Notes: generated by a model not told the origin, from the sequence alone. Shown: positions 1-8,105, numbered from the stretch's first letter. The stretch is 19,306 nt of DNA from Candidatus Auribacterota bacterium (GCA_023136205.1 JAGLRQ010000139.1:1-19306); one strand, 5' to 3'. Numbers and translations are program-made.

Positions 1-139
1 AAAAGCCAGGGAAAAAGGGCTTATCATTCGTCCGTTAGGAGATGTTATAGTTTTAATGCCGCCCCTGGTTAGCTCTAAAGAAGAATTAAAGAAAATTCTG
101 GAAATAACGTATGTTTCTATTAAAGATGTAACAGAATAA
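1..139 (+). CDS. bioA: 3' end of a PLP-dependent class-III aminotransferase, most like adenosylmethionine-8-amino-7-oxononanoate aminotransferase (BioA). The 5' part lies outside the window.
   Basis: Frame 2 reads KAREKGLIIRPLGDVIVLMPPLVSSKEELKKILEITYVSIKDVTE*, with TAA at 137-139. The IRPLG-x-(I/V)-x-x-MPPL block near the C-terminus matches what I recall of BioA-type aminotransferases. Only about 45 codons are visible. It is absent from the ORF track because there is no start codon in the window. Confidence 0.5.
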   Translation, partial: KAREKGLIIRPLGDVIVLMPPLVSSKEELKKILEITYVSIKDVTE

Positions 140-159
140 TTTAACTGTATGGAAAAAAG

Positions 160-1992
160 ATGACGAATTATTATCAGGCTCCTATGTTAGAAATCTTAAA
201 TAAAATAAAAAAATCAGAAAAATGTGTTTTTCTGGATACAAACAGATATGACATGTCAAATTCTAAAAGCTATTTCTTTTCTGATCCCGTTAAAGAAATT
301 ATCTGTTATGAAAAAAAGAATGTTAAGAAATGTTTTGAAGAGATCGAAAGGTTATCGAAAGAATATTTTGTTGCCGGTTATATGTCCTATGAACTTGGAT
401 TTATCCTGGAGAATATGCCCTGTCTGAAGACTTGTCTGAAAAAACAGAATATGCCGCTGTTTGAGTTTACCGCGTTTAAAAAACACACAGTTTATAACCA
501 CACAAAACCATTGGGGGGAACAGAACAGTCTAACATGTTTTCGCCGCGAGTGTTTGAAGCCGCGAATTTAAAGCTGGATATAGAATATAAGGAATATTTG
601 GGAAAGATCTTAAAAATAAAGAAATACATAGAAGAAGGAAAAACATACCAGCTCAATTTTACTTCAGAGTATGTGTTTGATTTTACAGGATGCCCGTATT
701 CTTTTTATCTGGAGCAGAGAGATAAACAAAAAGTTTCATATGGAGCTATGATAAAAAATCGCGGGTCCTTTATCCTTTCTTTTTCTCCGGAACTTTTTTT
801 TAGAATAAAGGATAGAAAAATAGAGGCCCGGCCAATGAAAGGCACGGCTCCCAGGGGAAAAGATGTTAATGAAGATTCCGGCATAGCGAATAATCTGCAA
901 AATGATATTAAAAACAGAAGTGAAAATGTGATGATACTTGACCTTTTTCGTAACGACCTTGGAAAGGTTTGTGAAAATGGCAGTATAAAGGTTAAAAAAA
1001 TATTTTCCGTGGAAAAATACGAAACACTTTTTCAGATGATTTCTTCTGTGGAAGGAACACTTTTCAAAAGTGTTTCGCTTTATGATGTGATAAAGTCTAT
1101 TTTTCCTTCCGGCTCGGTAACGGGTGCTCCGAAAATAATATCAATGAAACTGTTGAAGGAGCTTGAAAAAAGAGAAAGAGGTATATATACGGGAGCTATA
1201 GGTTTCTTTGGCCCCCGGGGATCTGCGGAGTTTAATGTTCCTATCAGAACTGTTGTTTTAACTGGTTCTAATGGACGAATGGGTGTAGGAAGCGGCATAG
1301 TTTATGATTCCGATGCCGGAAAAGAATTTGAGGAGTGTAAATTGAAAGCCTTATTTCTTGCCGGCAGGAAGGACAGGTTTTCCCTTGTCGAAACGATGAG
1401 ATGGGAAAGAAAATTCCGGGATCTTTCTTTTCACTTACAGAGACTAAGAAAAACCGCTGAATATTTTGGATATACCTGTGTTGTCGCGGAAATTGAGGCC
1501 AGACTTAAAAAACTGGAAAACAGCTTTCGGGAAGGCATGGCTTATAAGGTGAGAATGCTTCTTGATAAAACAGGAGGATTAAGAATTATAACGAAACAAA
1601 TTGAAAAAACATCAGGGCCGCAAAAAGTGTGCTTTTCTTTGAAACACACGGATTCAAACGATAGGTTTTTGTATCATAAGACAACTAACAGAAAACTTTA
1701 TCAAAGCGAGTATGAATACGCGAAAAAACGCGGATATTTTGATGTTATTTTTCGTAACGAAAAAGGGGAGGTAACGGAGGGTTCCATTTCGAATATATTC
1801 ATTGAGAAAGCGGGAATCGTTTACACGCCGCCTTTAAACTGCGGACTTCTTGACGGGATATACAGGCAAAAAATAATGATTGTAAAACCCGGCATTGTTG
1901 AGAGGGTCCTTAGGGAAAAGGATATAAAGGAAGCTGATAATATCTACCTTACGAACACTGTAAGAGGTATTGTCCGGGCGGCATTAGATTAA
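160..1992 (+). CDS. pabBC: Bifunctional aminodeoxychorismate synthase component I / aminodeoxychorismate lyase (PabB-PabC fusion; chorismate-binding domain plus class-IV aminotransferase domain)
   Basis: 610-aa ORF. The N-terminal two thirds carries chorismate-utilising enzyme motifs: SPELFF, RPMKGTAPRG, ENVMILDLFRNDL, PSGSVTGAPK and ERGIYTGAIGF. The C-terminal ~200 aa carries class-IV aminotransferase / ADC-lyase motifs: YHKTTNR (aligns with the PLP-lysine K-x-x-N-R block) and EVTEGSISNIFIEKAGIVYTPPLNCGLLDGIYRQ. Confidence 0.85.
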   Translation: MTNYYQAPMLEILNKIKKSEKCVFLDTNRYDMSNSKSYFFSDPVKEIICYEKKNVKKCFEEIERLSKEYFVAGYMSYELGFILENMPCLKTCLKKQNMPLFEFTAFKKHTVYNHTKPLGGTEQSNMFSPRVFEAANLKLDIEYKEYLGKILKIKKYIEEGKTYQLNFTSEYVFDFTGCPYSFYLEQRDKQKVSYGAMIKNRGSFILSFSPELFFRIKDRKIEARPMKGTAPRGKDVNEDSGIANNLQNDIKNRSENVMILDLFRNDLGKVCENGSIKVKKIFSVEKYETLFQMISSVEGTLFKSVSLYDVIKSIFPSGSVTGAPKIISMKLLKELEKRERGIYTGAIGFFGPRGSAEFNVPIRTVVLTGSNGRMGVGSGIVYDSDAGKEFEECKLKALFLAGRKDRFSLVETMRWERKFRDLSFHLQRLRKTAEYFGYTCVVAEIEARLKKLENSFREGMAYKVRMLLDKTGGLRIITKQIEKTSGPQKVCFSLKHTDSNDRFLYHKTTNRKLYQSEYEYAKKRGYFDVIFRNEKGEVTEGSISNIFIEKAGIVYTPPLNCGLLDGIYRQKIMIVKPGIVERVLREKDIKEADNIYLTNTVRGIVRAALD

Positions 1993-2040
1993 ATGGTATG
2001 GCCTCTTCGTAATTATTTGTTTATGAATATTCTTTTAATA

Positions 2041-2070
2041 TTGTGTTTTTTTATTTACAGCCTGTATAAT
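2041..2070 (+). promoter_or_regulatory. Candidate sigma70-type promoter for the CPBP protease gene: -35 TTGTGT at 2041-2046, 18-nt spacer, perfect -10 TATAAT at 2065-2070
   Basis: TATAAT ends 8 nt before the ATG at 2079. No Shine-Dalgarno-like purine run lies between them (tagttcat). Hexamer match only. Confidence 0.25.
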
Positions 2071-2078
2071 TAGTTCAT

Positions 2079-3068
2079 ATGCGAACACTTTTCCGAATAA
2101 TTATATTTTTAATACCATTGATTGCGATGCTTTCCGCGGCATTTGCTGAATCTGATATTCCGGACGGATCTTCGCCTGTTATTAACCAGGCGCAATTCGC
2201 GGAACATGTATTTCAAAAAGGAATGACACCGGAAATAATCGGTATAACCGTTTATTCTATTTTGATGTATCTCGTTTTATTGTCCGGAGTTATCATTTTT
2301 CTGATTTATGTGTTGTCAGGTTCTTTTTCAAAAAATATTAAAGGAATTCCGACTGTCCCCTGGAAAATGGTTTTTGCGATGAAGTCTTTATTCCTTATGA
2401 TTGTTCTTTCCATGGCTGTCCAAATGGTTTTCGGTATCCTTAAAAATCATGGACTTCTTGAAGAAGCCCCCTCGATGATTATACAGATGGTTGTTAGTCA
2501 AATGGTGATTGTGCTGGTAATATGCGCGTTTGCCTACGACGCGTATAAAAAATATTCCTGGAAAATAATAGAACTCTTTAAAAATAATAGAAAGAAAGCC
2601 TTTTTGTCCGGGTTTGCGGCTTACCTTGGATGCTACCCCCTTTTTTTTATTCTGGGCATGCTTACAAAGGCTCTTGCGAAGGTATTAAATTTCCGGCTTG
2701 ACCTTCAACCGGTGGTTTCGAGCATAAAAGATATAAGCAGTGCGTGGCAGCTTTGCGTTTATATTGTTTTGTTTGTGATAATTGCTCCTGTTATTGAGGA
2801 GATTTTTTTCAGAGGGATTATTTACAGAGGATGTAAATCGTCTATGGGTGTCTGGCCTGCCGCATTTCTTTCGGCGTTTTTATTCTCGGCAATACATACA
2901 AGTTTTTTAGGTTTCCTTCCTATCTTTGGTTTGGGGATTGCTTTTGCTTATATCTATGAAAAGGCGGGCTCTCTTTGTGCCCCAATATTTTTTCATGCTC
3001 TTTATAACGCTGTAAGTTTTACGGGGGCATTTCTATTGTATCAATTACTGGAAGTTTTGCCTGAGTGA
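2079..3068 (+). CDS. CPBP family intramembrane glutamic endopeptidase (CAAX protease / Abi-type), polytopic membrane protein
   Basis: 329-aa hydrophobic ORF with a signal-like N-terminus. All three CPBP motifs are present in order: EEIFFRG (EExxxR), FSAIHT (FxxxH) and FFHALYN (HxxxN). Confidence 0.85.
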   Translation: MRTLFRIIIFLIPLIAMLSAAFAESDIPDGSSPVINQAQFAEHVFQKGMTPEIIGITVYSILMYLVLLSGVIIFLIYVLSGSFSKNIKGIPTVPWKMVFAMKSLFLMIVLSMAVQMVFGILKNHGLLEEAPSMIIQMVVSQMVIVLVICAFAYDAYKKYSWKIIELFKNNRKKAFLSGFAAYLGCYPLFFILGMLTKALAKVLNFRLDLQPVVSSIKDISSAWQLCVYIVLFVIIAPVIEEIFFRGIIYRGCKSSMGVWPAAFLSAFLFSAIHTSFLGFLPIFGLGIAFAYIYEKAGSLCAPIFFHALYNAVSFTGAFLLYQLLEVLPE

Positions 3069-3122
3069 GAGGCAAGTGAAAAAATAAAATTACCGGTATT
3101 TCAAGATTTTAAGGAGGTTGCA

Positions 3123-4160
3123 ATGGCAGTAGAAACAATTAAATGGGAAAATGGCAAAATAAAGATGGTAGACCAGACTAAACTGCCGTTGGAACTGGTT
3201 TATGTAGAAACAGATGATATCAATATCCTCTGGGATTCAATAAAGAGGCTTGTTGTGAGAGGAGCTCCCGCTATAGGGATAGCAGCGGGGTTTGGAGTGG
3301 CACTTGCCGCTTTAAAAAGTAAGGCGGATAAACATGAAGATTTACGGAGGGATATTTATAAAGCAATTGATTATCTTGCTGCTTCCCGGCCTACGGCGGT
3401 AAACCTTTTCTGGTCGTTGGAAAGAATGAAACGGGCTTTCGAGAAAAACAAGGAGAAGCCTGTAAAAGAGTTAAAGACAATACTTTTTAATGAGGCTCAA
3501 AAGATACTTGAGGATGACAGGGAAAGATGCGGGAAAATTGGCGAAAACGGAAAGGGTTTAATAAAGAACGGTATGGGAATTCTTACCCACTGTAACGCGG
3601 GAGCTCTCGCGACAGGAGGAATAGGGACAGCTCTGGCAAGCATTTTTGCCGCGGCGGAGGAAGGTAAAAATTTTACGGTTTATGTTGATGAAACAAGGCC
3701 GCTTTTGCAGGGCGCGCGCCTTACCTCATGGGAACTTATGCAGCATAATATTGACACAATTCTTATTAGTGATAATATGGCTGCCCAGGTGATGAAAGAA
3801 GGAAAGATAAACATAGTTATAACCGGCGCGGATCGGATTGCTTTAAATGGGGACGCGGCAAATAAAATTGGTACTTATGGAGTAGCTACGCTTGCGAAAG
3901 CTCACAATATTCCTTTTTATATCGCGGCCCCTGTTTCTACAATTGATTTTAGCATTAAAACCGGTTTACAGATTCCCATTGAAGAACGCGGCCCGGAAGA
4001 GATAACAGAAGGTTTTGGAAGAAGAATCGCCCCGTATAATATAAAAGTTTATAATCCGGCATTTGATGTGACCCCTTTTTCGTTAATATCCGGGATAATT
4101 ACTGAAAAGGGGATAATAAACCCGCCGCTTGACGATGAAATAATAAAATTAAAAGAATAA
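3123..4160 (+). CDS. mtnA: S-methyl-5-thioribose-1-phosphate isomerase (eIF-2B alpha/beta/delta-like family)
   Basis: 345 aa. The N-terminal W..G.I.MVDQTKLP..L.YVE and the blocks VRGAPAIG, RPTAVNL, LTHCNAG.LAT and GADRIALNGDAANKIGTY...IPFYIAAP.STID are typical of MtnA. AAGGAGG ribosome-binding site (RBS) at 3111-3117. Confidence 0.85.
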   Translation: MAVETIKWENGKIKMVDQTKLPLELVYVETDDINILWDSIKRLVVRGAPAIGIAAGFGVALAALKSKADKHEDLRRDIYKAIDYLAASRPTAVNLFWSLERMKRAFEKNKEKPVKELKTILFNEAQKILEDDRERCGKIGENGKGLIKNGMGILTHCNAGALATGGIGTALASIFAAAEEGKNFTVYVDETRPLLQGARLTSWELMQHNIDTILISDNMAAQVMKEGKINIVITGADRIALNGDAANKIGTYGVATLAKAHNIPFYIAAPVSTIDFSIKTGLQIPIEERGPEEITEGFGRRIAPYNIKVYNPAFDVTPFSLISGIITEKGIINPPLDDEIIKLKE

Positions 4161-4186
4161 ATTGGCTTATGAAGGAGTGAAAAGTT

Positions 4187-5104
4187 TTGAAATTAGATGA
4201 ATTTGGATTAATAGATAAATTCGCGCGGATGACAAAGCCCGGAACTAATGTTATTGTCGGCATTGGTGATGACGCGGCAGTTTTGAAATCAAAGACAAAA
4301 GGTTTTTACGATCTTTTTACCTGTGACGCGATTGTCGAGGATGTGCATTTTAAATTGGCAGACGGAGCAAGAAAAATCGGATATAAAGCGATAGCAGTGA
4401 ATGTCAGCGACATTGCCGCTATGGGAGGGATTCCCTCCGCGGCAGTAGTCGCGGCAGGGATATCGAAAAATATTTCAACGAAGTTTTGTGAGGAACTATA
4501 TTCGGGAATTCTCTTTGCCTGCCGGAAGTTCGGCGTTGAAATAGTGGGTGGTGATACTGTAAGAAGCAAAGGGATTTTTATTTCTATTGCCATGACTGGT
4601 GTCGTTGAAAAGGGGAATATTACTTTTAGAAAAGGGGCGGCTCCGGGGGATACAGTGATGGTGACGGGCAGGCTGGGGCATTCATTAAAAGGAAAACATC
4701 TTACATTTATCCCCAGGATTAAAGAAGCAAGGTGGCTTGCCTGTAAGTTTCCTGTTCATTCGATGATGGATATTTCAGATGGATTGGCAGGAGATTTAAA
4801 GCGTATGTGCGATGCAAGTAAATGCGGAACGGTAATCTTTGCTGAAAAAGTTCCCCTTGAGAGAACTCTTAAGAAATTACGAAAAAATGTTTCTCTGAAA
4901 CATGCTTTTACGGATGGTGAGGATTTTGAACTTCTTTTTACTGTCTCACCAAGGGTTGCTGCAAAGCTTGAAAAAGATTTTAATAGAAAATTTAAAGTAA
5001 AAGTTTCAAAAGTGGGTGTGATAATTAAAGAAAAAAAACTGTTTCTTGAAAGTGAAGGAAAAAAAACTCCATTGAAGTTTAGAGGATATAGTCATTTTGG
5101 ATAA
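4187..5104 (+). CDS. thiL: Thiamine-monophosphate kinase
   Basis: 305 aa. The EFGLIDKF...IGDDAAV...D.IVEDVHF...GYKAIAVNVSDIAAMGG...GGDT pattern belongs to the AIR-synthase-related ThiL family. TTG start at 4187, preceded by GAAGGAG. Confidence 0.85.
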   Translation: MKLDEFGLIDKFARMTKPGTNVIVGIGDDAAVLKSKTKGFYDLFTCDAIVEDVHFKLADGARKIGYKAIAVNVSDIAAMGGIPSAAVVAAGISKNISTKFCEELYSGILFACRKFGVEIVGGDTVRSKGIFISIAMTGVVEKGNITFRKGAAPGDTVMVTGRLGHSLKGKHLTFIPRIKEARWLACKFPVHSMMDISDGLAGDLKRMCDASKCGTVIFAEKVPLERTLKKLRKNVSLKHAFTDGEDFELLFTVSPRVAAKLEKDFNRKFKVKVSKVGVIIKEKKLFLESEGKKTPLKFRGYSHFG

Positions 5105-5534
5105 AATAATACGAAAAGAAATGATTTCCAACAGCCCTGAAGAAACCAGGGCAATCGCGGCCGGCGTGGCCGAAGATGTAAAAAAGGGCGATGTAATAGT
5201 GCTTACGGGAAATCTGGGGGCAGGTAAAACGTGTTTCGTCCAGGGGTTTACTAAAGGTTTTGGGGTTAAGGAAATTGTTAACAGTCCGAGCTTTGCCATT
5301 GTTAATGTTTATAGCGGTAAATTTCCTGTATATCACATGGATTTTTACCGATTAACCGGTGTTGACGAAATTCGCGCTATAGGTTGTGAGGATTATTTTT
5401 ATGGAGACGGTGTATGTCTTATTGAATGGGGTGAAAGAGCTGTAAATTTACTTCCTGCCCGCAGAATTGAAATAAATTTTGAAATGCTGGATAAAAACAC
5501 ACGGGAAATTACTTTTGAAAATTTTAAGTATTGA
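5097..5534 (+). CDS. tsaE: tRNA threonylcarbamoyladenosine (t6A) biosynthesis ATPase TsaE (YjeE)
   Basis: Walker A GNLGAGKT, then SPSFAIVNVY, HMDFYRL and IEWGE, all typical of TsaE. The TTG at 5097 overlaps the thiL stop by 8 nt. An ATG at 5121 is an alternative start and gives a more typical N-terminus (MISNSPEET...). Confidence 0.85.
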   Translation: MDKIIRKEMISNSPEETRAIAAGVAEDVKKGDVIVLTGNLGAGKTCFVQGFTKGFGVKEIVNSPSFAIVNVYSGKFPVYHMDFYRLTGVDEIRAIGCEDYFYGDGVCLIEWGERAVNLLPARRIEINFEMLDKNTREITFENFKY

Positions 5535-6147
5535 AACAACATCAGATAGAGCAAGCGTAGCTTACCTTGAACAGGATAAGATACTTGCTGAGGCTGTTAT
5601 AGAAGAGCGTCTGACAGCAAAAGATACCCTGCTCGCGAATGTGAGAAATGTCCTGTCGACAGGCAGCGTATCCTTGAATGATATAAACTTGATGGTTTGC
5701 GGTGTTGGCCCGGGTTCTTTTACCGGAATCCGGCTGGGAATAGCATTTATTAAGGGTGTTCTGACAGGAATAAAAGGGCTTGAAGCTTGCGGTGTGATAT
5801 CAAACGATTCTATAGGGTTTTCATGCGCGAGCAAAGGATACAATTCAGGGAAAAAGATTATAAGTATAGTTGATTCAAAAACCGGCAGAAGTTATGTGAG
5901 AAAGTACTCCTCCGGAGGTGACCCTCTGGGGGAGATAAATCTTTTGCCGGATGAGGAGATAGAAAAAGAATCAACAGATTTTTATCCTGTTGGAATATTT
6001 TCAAAAAATCTCGAAAATATTTTTGCCGGCAAGCGGATTATACGGCCTGACGCGGGTATTTCGGGAAAGATGGCTTTTAAGGGAATGAGAAACATTAATA
6101 TAAAGCCTTTGTATATAATGGATTTTATTTCCGGAGGTAAAAAATAA
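5515..6147 (+). CDS. tsaB: tRNA t6A biosynthesis protein TsaB (YeaZ, inactive Kae1/TsaD paralog)
   Basis: From the TTG at 5515 the protein starts MKILSIETTSD, the canonical TsaB N-terminus. GVGPGSFTGIRLGIAF is also present. The ORF track opens at 5479, but those 12 extra codons lie inside tsaE and look like a read-through extension. It overlaps tsaE (ends 5534) by 20 nt. Confidence 0.8.
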   Translation: MKILSIETTSDRASVAYLEQDKILAEAVIEERLTAKDTLLANVRNVLSTGSVSLNDINLMVCGVGPGSFTGIRLGIAFIKGVLTGIKGLEACGVISNDSIGFSCASKGYNSGKKIISIVDSKTGRSYVRKYSSGGDPLGEINLLPDEEIEKESTDFYPVGIFSKNLENIFAGKRIIRPDAGISGKMAFKGMRNINIKPLYIMDFISGGKK

Positions 6148-7307
6148 TGTTTTCAAAAAAGCGGGTTGTAGTTAAAGAAAGAGAATCATCTCATTATTAC
6201 AGGCTTTTGAAAACATGGGCGGAGATAGACCTTTCTGCTCTTCGCTTTAACACAAAATACATTCAGAGAAAACTTGGGAAGAATATTGCTGTTATGGCAG
6301 TAGTAAAATGCAATGCCTATGGCCACGGCGCGGTAGAAATTTCCCGGCAGGCAATTAATCTCAAGGTAAAAGCTCTGGGTGTTTCAAGCCTTTCCGAAGG
6401 AATCGAACTCAGAAGTTATTTTAAAAATATTCCCATAGTTGTTTTGAGTTCCGGAATGAGCGGGCAGGCTTATGAATTTATCGAGTATGGCCTTTCACCT
6501 GTTGTGTGTTCGTGGCAGATGGTAAATTTCCTCGCGAAAGCTGCTGACAAAAGGGGGGTCCGGGCAAAGGTACATATAAAAGTTGATACTGGAATGGGCC
6601 GCATAGGGGTATGGCATGAGAAAGCGGATGAATTTGTAAGGGATGTTAGCAGGAATCCTGATGTTGAGATTGAGGGAGTGTGTTCGCATTTCGCGACATC
6701 TGACGAAAAAAACCTTGATTTCGCGAAGATGCAGCTTAAATATTTTAATTGTTTTCTCGAAAAGATCAAGGATTTGCCTATAAAATTTAAACATATTTCA
6801 AATACAGGCGGGATATTTAATCTGCCTGACTCACACCTGAATATGGTTCGGCCGGGCCTTTCGATTTATGGTGTTAGCCCTTCTGAGTTTGTTAATGGAA
6901 ATGAGAAACTAAAACCGGTCCTTTCTCTCATGACAAAAATAGCTTTTTTAAAGAAAGTCTCTCCGGGCAGGACTCTTAGTTACGGCAGGACATTTAAAAC
7001 CAAAAAAGAAATAAGGGTGGCGACTCTTCCGATTGGTTACGGGGACGGGTATCCCCGCCTTCTGTCTAATAAAGGTTATGTTCTTATCAAAGGAAAGAAA
7101 GCCCGTATTCTTGGAGCGGTAACAATGGATCAGATGATGGTGGACGTAACTGATATCAAGGGTGTTAAGGTTGAGGATGTTGCCGTACTTATCGGGAAAC
7201 AGGGAAGAGAGAAGATAATCGCCACAGAGGTCGCTCAGATGGCAGGAACTATTCCATACGAGATATTTACTTCCATTAATAAAAGGGTTCAAAGAGTTTA
7301 TATATGA
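6147..7307 (+). CDS. alr: Alanine racemase
   Basis: 386 aa. Contains TWAEIDLSALRFN, the PLP-lysine block AVVKCNAYGHG, KVDTGMGRIG, HFATSDE, and the C-terminal SYGRT...LPIGYGDGYPR...TMDQMMVD. The ATG at 6147 shares one base with the tsaB TAA. Confidence 0.9.
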   Translation: MFSKKRVVVKERESSHYYRLLKTWAEIDLSALRFNTKYIQRKLGKNIAVMAVVKCNAYGHGAVEISRQAINLKVKALGVSSLSEGIELRSYFKNIPIVVLSSGMSGQAYEFIEYGLSPVVCSWQMVNFLAKAADKRGVRAKVHIKVDTGMGRIGVWHEKADEFVRDVSRNPDVEIEGVCSHFATSDEKNLDFAKMQLKYFNCFLEKIKDLPIKFKHISNTGGIFNLPDSHLNMVRPGLSIYGVSPSEFVNGNEKLKPVLSLMTKIAFLKKVSPGRTLSYGRTFKTKKEIRVATLPIGYGDGYPRLLSNKGYVLIKGKKARILGAVTMDQMMVDVTDIKGVKVEDVAVLIGKQGREKIIATEVAQMAGTIPYEIFTSINKRVQRVYI

Positions 7308-7308
7308 A

Positions 7309-7336
7309 CCATTCCACCCCGGGAGTGGAATGGTTT
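7309..7336 (+). terminator. Candidate intrinsic terminator after alr
   Basis: A perfect 9-bp stem, CCATTCCAC (7309-7317) pairing with GTGGAATGG (7325-7333), with a 7-nt loop cccggga. It starts 2 nt after the alr stop. Only TTT follows (7334-7336), so the U-tract is weak. Confidence 0.35.
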
Positions 7337-7385
7337 GCGCAAGCGAACCTGTCCGGATATTCTCGTCAATCCACTTGAATTTTGA

Positions 7386-7413
7386 TTGATTTCTTTTCTT
7401 TTTTTGTTAAACT
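7386..7413 (+). promoter_or_regulatory. Candidate sigma70-type promoter for the T2SS-like operon: -35 TTGATT at 7386-7391, 16-nt spacer, TGt-TAAACT extended -10 at 7405-7413
   Basis: Hexamer resemblance inside a T-rich tract of the only long intergenic region in the window (7308-7481). No other support. Confidence 0.2.
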
Positions 7414-7481
7414 AAAAAAAGTGTGAAGTCCTTTTAAAAGAAGAATAGGGTCCTTTTGTGGGATTTAGAAAGGGGGAAGAT

Positions 7482-8105
7482 ATGAAAATTTTTAAGCATC
7501 TTGTGTTATGTTTCGCGGTTATTGTTTTTTGTCTCTGTCCTGTAAAGGGGGACGCCGCGCGGAAAAAGTCTAAAGAAGAAAAACCGTCAGCCAAAAAAGT
7601 TCTGGCTGTAATGGGAGAAGAGGAGATTACACTTGACGAATTTAATGAATTAATAGAGAGTGTGCCGCCGCAATATCAAAGTATTGTCAGGAATGATAAG
7701 GAAAGATTTCTTGACGATGTTATTAATCGAAAATTATTATACCGTGAGGCTCTTGAAAGAAAACTGGATAAAAACGAAGAGACACAAAAGAAAATAGCGG
7801 ATATGATAGAACAAATTCTTATTAATGCGATACTTATTAAAGAAGTTAAAGAAAAAGTGAGTGTTTCTGAAGAAGAGATGAAGCTGTATTACGAATCCCA
7901 CAAAGCTGAATTTCAAGAAAATGGAGGAGAAAACCCCGCGAAACTAAAGGATTATTCAGCAGTAAAAGGTTTAATCAAAGGGAAGTTAATTACCGAAAAA
8001 AATAAGAAAAGAAGCGATGCTTTGATAACGGAATTAAGAGATAAAAGTAAGTTAGTGATACACAAAGAACTTTTAGAAACAGCTTCAAAACCCGCGTTGA
8101 AATAA
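7482..8105 (+). CDS. Secreted SurA-N-terminal-domain-like protein (PpiD/PrsA/SurA chaperone-module homolog with no recognisable parvulin PPIase domain)
   Basis: The ATG at 7482 is preceded by AAGGGGGAAG. Signal peptide MKIFKHLVLCFAVIVFCLCPVKG/DA. The stretch VLAVMGEEEITLDEFNELIESVPPQYQ...ERFLDDVINRKLLYREALERKLDKNEE resembles the SurA_N-type helical chaperone module. At about 207 aa it is too short to include a rotamase domain. The track's GTG at 7458 adds 8 codons that cover the RBS. Confidence 0.6.
   Translation: MKIFKHLVLCFAVIVFCLCPVKGDAARKKSKEEKPSAKKVLAVMGEEEITLDEFNELIESVPPQYQSIVRNDKERFLDDVINRKLLYREALERKLDKNEETQKKIADMIEQILINAILIKEVKEKVSVSEEEMKLYYESHKAEFQENGGENPAKLKDYSAVKGLIKGKLITEKNKKRSDALITELRDKSKLVIHKELLETASKPALK

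Noticed and set aside
224-427. A 67-aa + strand ORF nested out of frame inside pabBC. The same reasoning covers the small - strand ORFs at 1080-1298, 4306-4681, 5006-5336, 5562-5843, 6470-6794, 6948-7292, 7412-7594, 9513-9737, 10553-10801, 12031-12267, 12695-12925, 13300-13527, 13784-14089, 15310-15591, 16456-16680, 16863-17057 and 18176-18388.
   Set aside because: All are fully or largely embedded in strongly supported + strand genes. They have no motifs, and their composition is that expected of alternative frames. I treat them as spurious.
1993-2078. I looked for an intrinsic terminator after pabBC, and for a tRNA or small RNA in this 86-nt gap and in 7308-7481.
   Set aside because: There is no stem-loop with a U-tract in 1993-2078. 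Neither gap has cloverleaf-compatible arms or a GTTCGAAT-like T-loop box. Nothing supports an RNA gene.
3123-4160. A lone mtnA with no other methionine-salvage genes in the window, considered as a hint of a 5'-deoxyadenosine/DHAP-shunt variant.
   Set aside because: This cannot be evaluated from a single gene. The partners (mtnP/mtnK, aldolase) may lie elsewhere in the genome. No feature of the sequence separates the alternatives.
5479-5514. The track start of tsaB at the TTG at 5479. The same issue applies to the GTG at 7458 for the SurA-N-like gene.
   Set aside because: The internal TTG at 5515 yields the canonical MKILSIETT N-terminus. For the SurA-N-like gene, the ATG at 7482 is correctly spaced from AAGGGGGAAG, which the longer ORF would have to translate through.
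4187-7307. The thiL-tsaE-tsaB-alr block, with 8-nt, 20-nt and 1-nt overlaps and TTG starts, considered as a possible unusual functional module.
   Set aside because: Tight linkage of thiL with tsaE and tsaB is, as I recall, a common housekeeping arrangement in many bacteria. Overlaps and TTG starts fit a compact genome and do not suggest a novel system.
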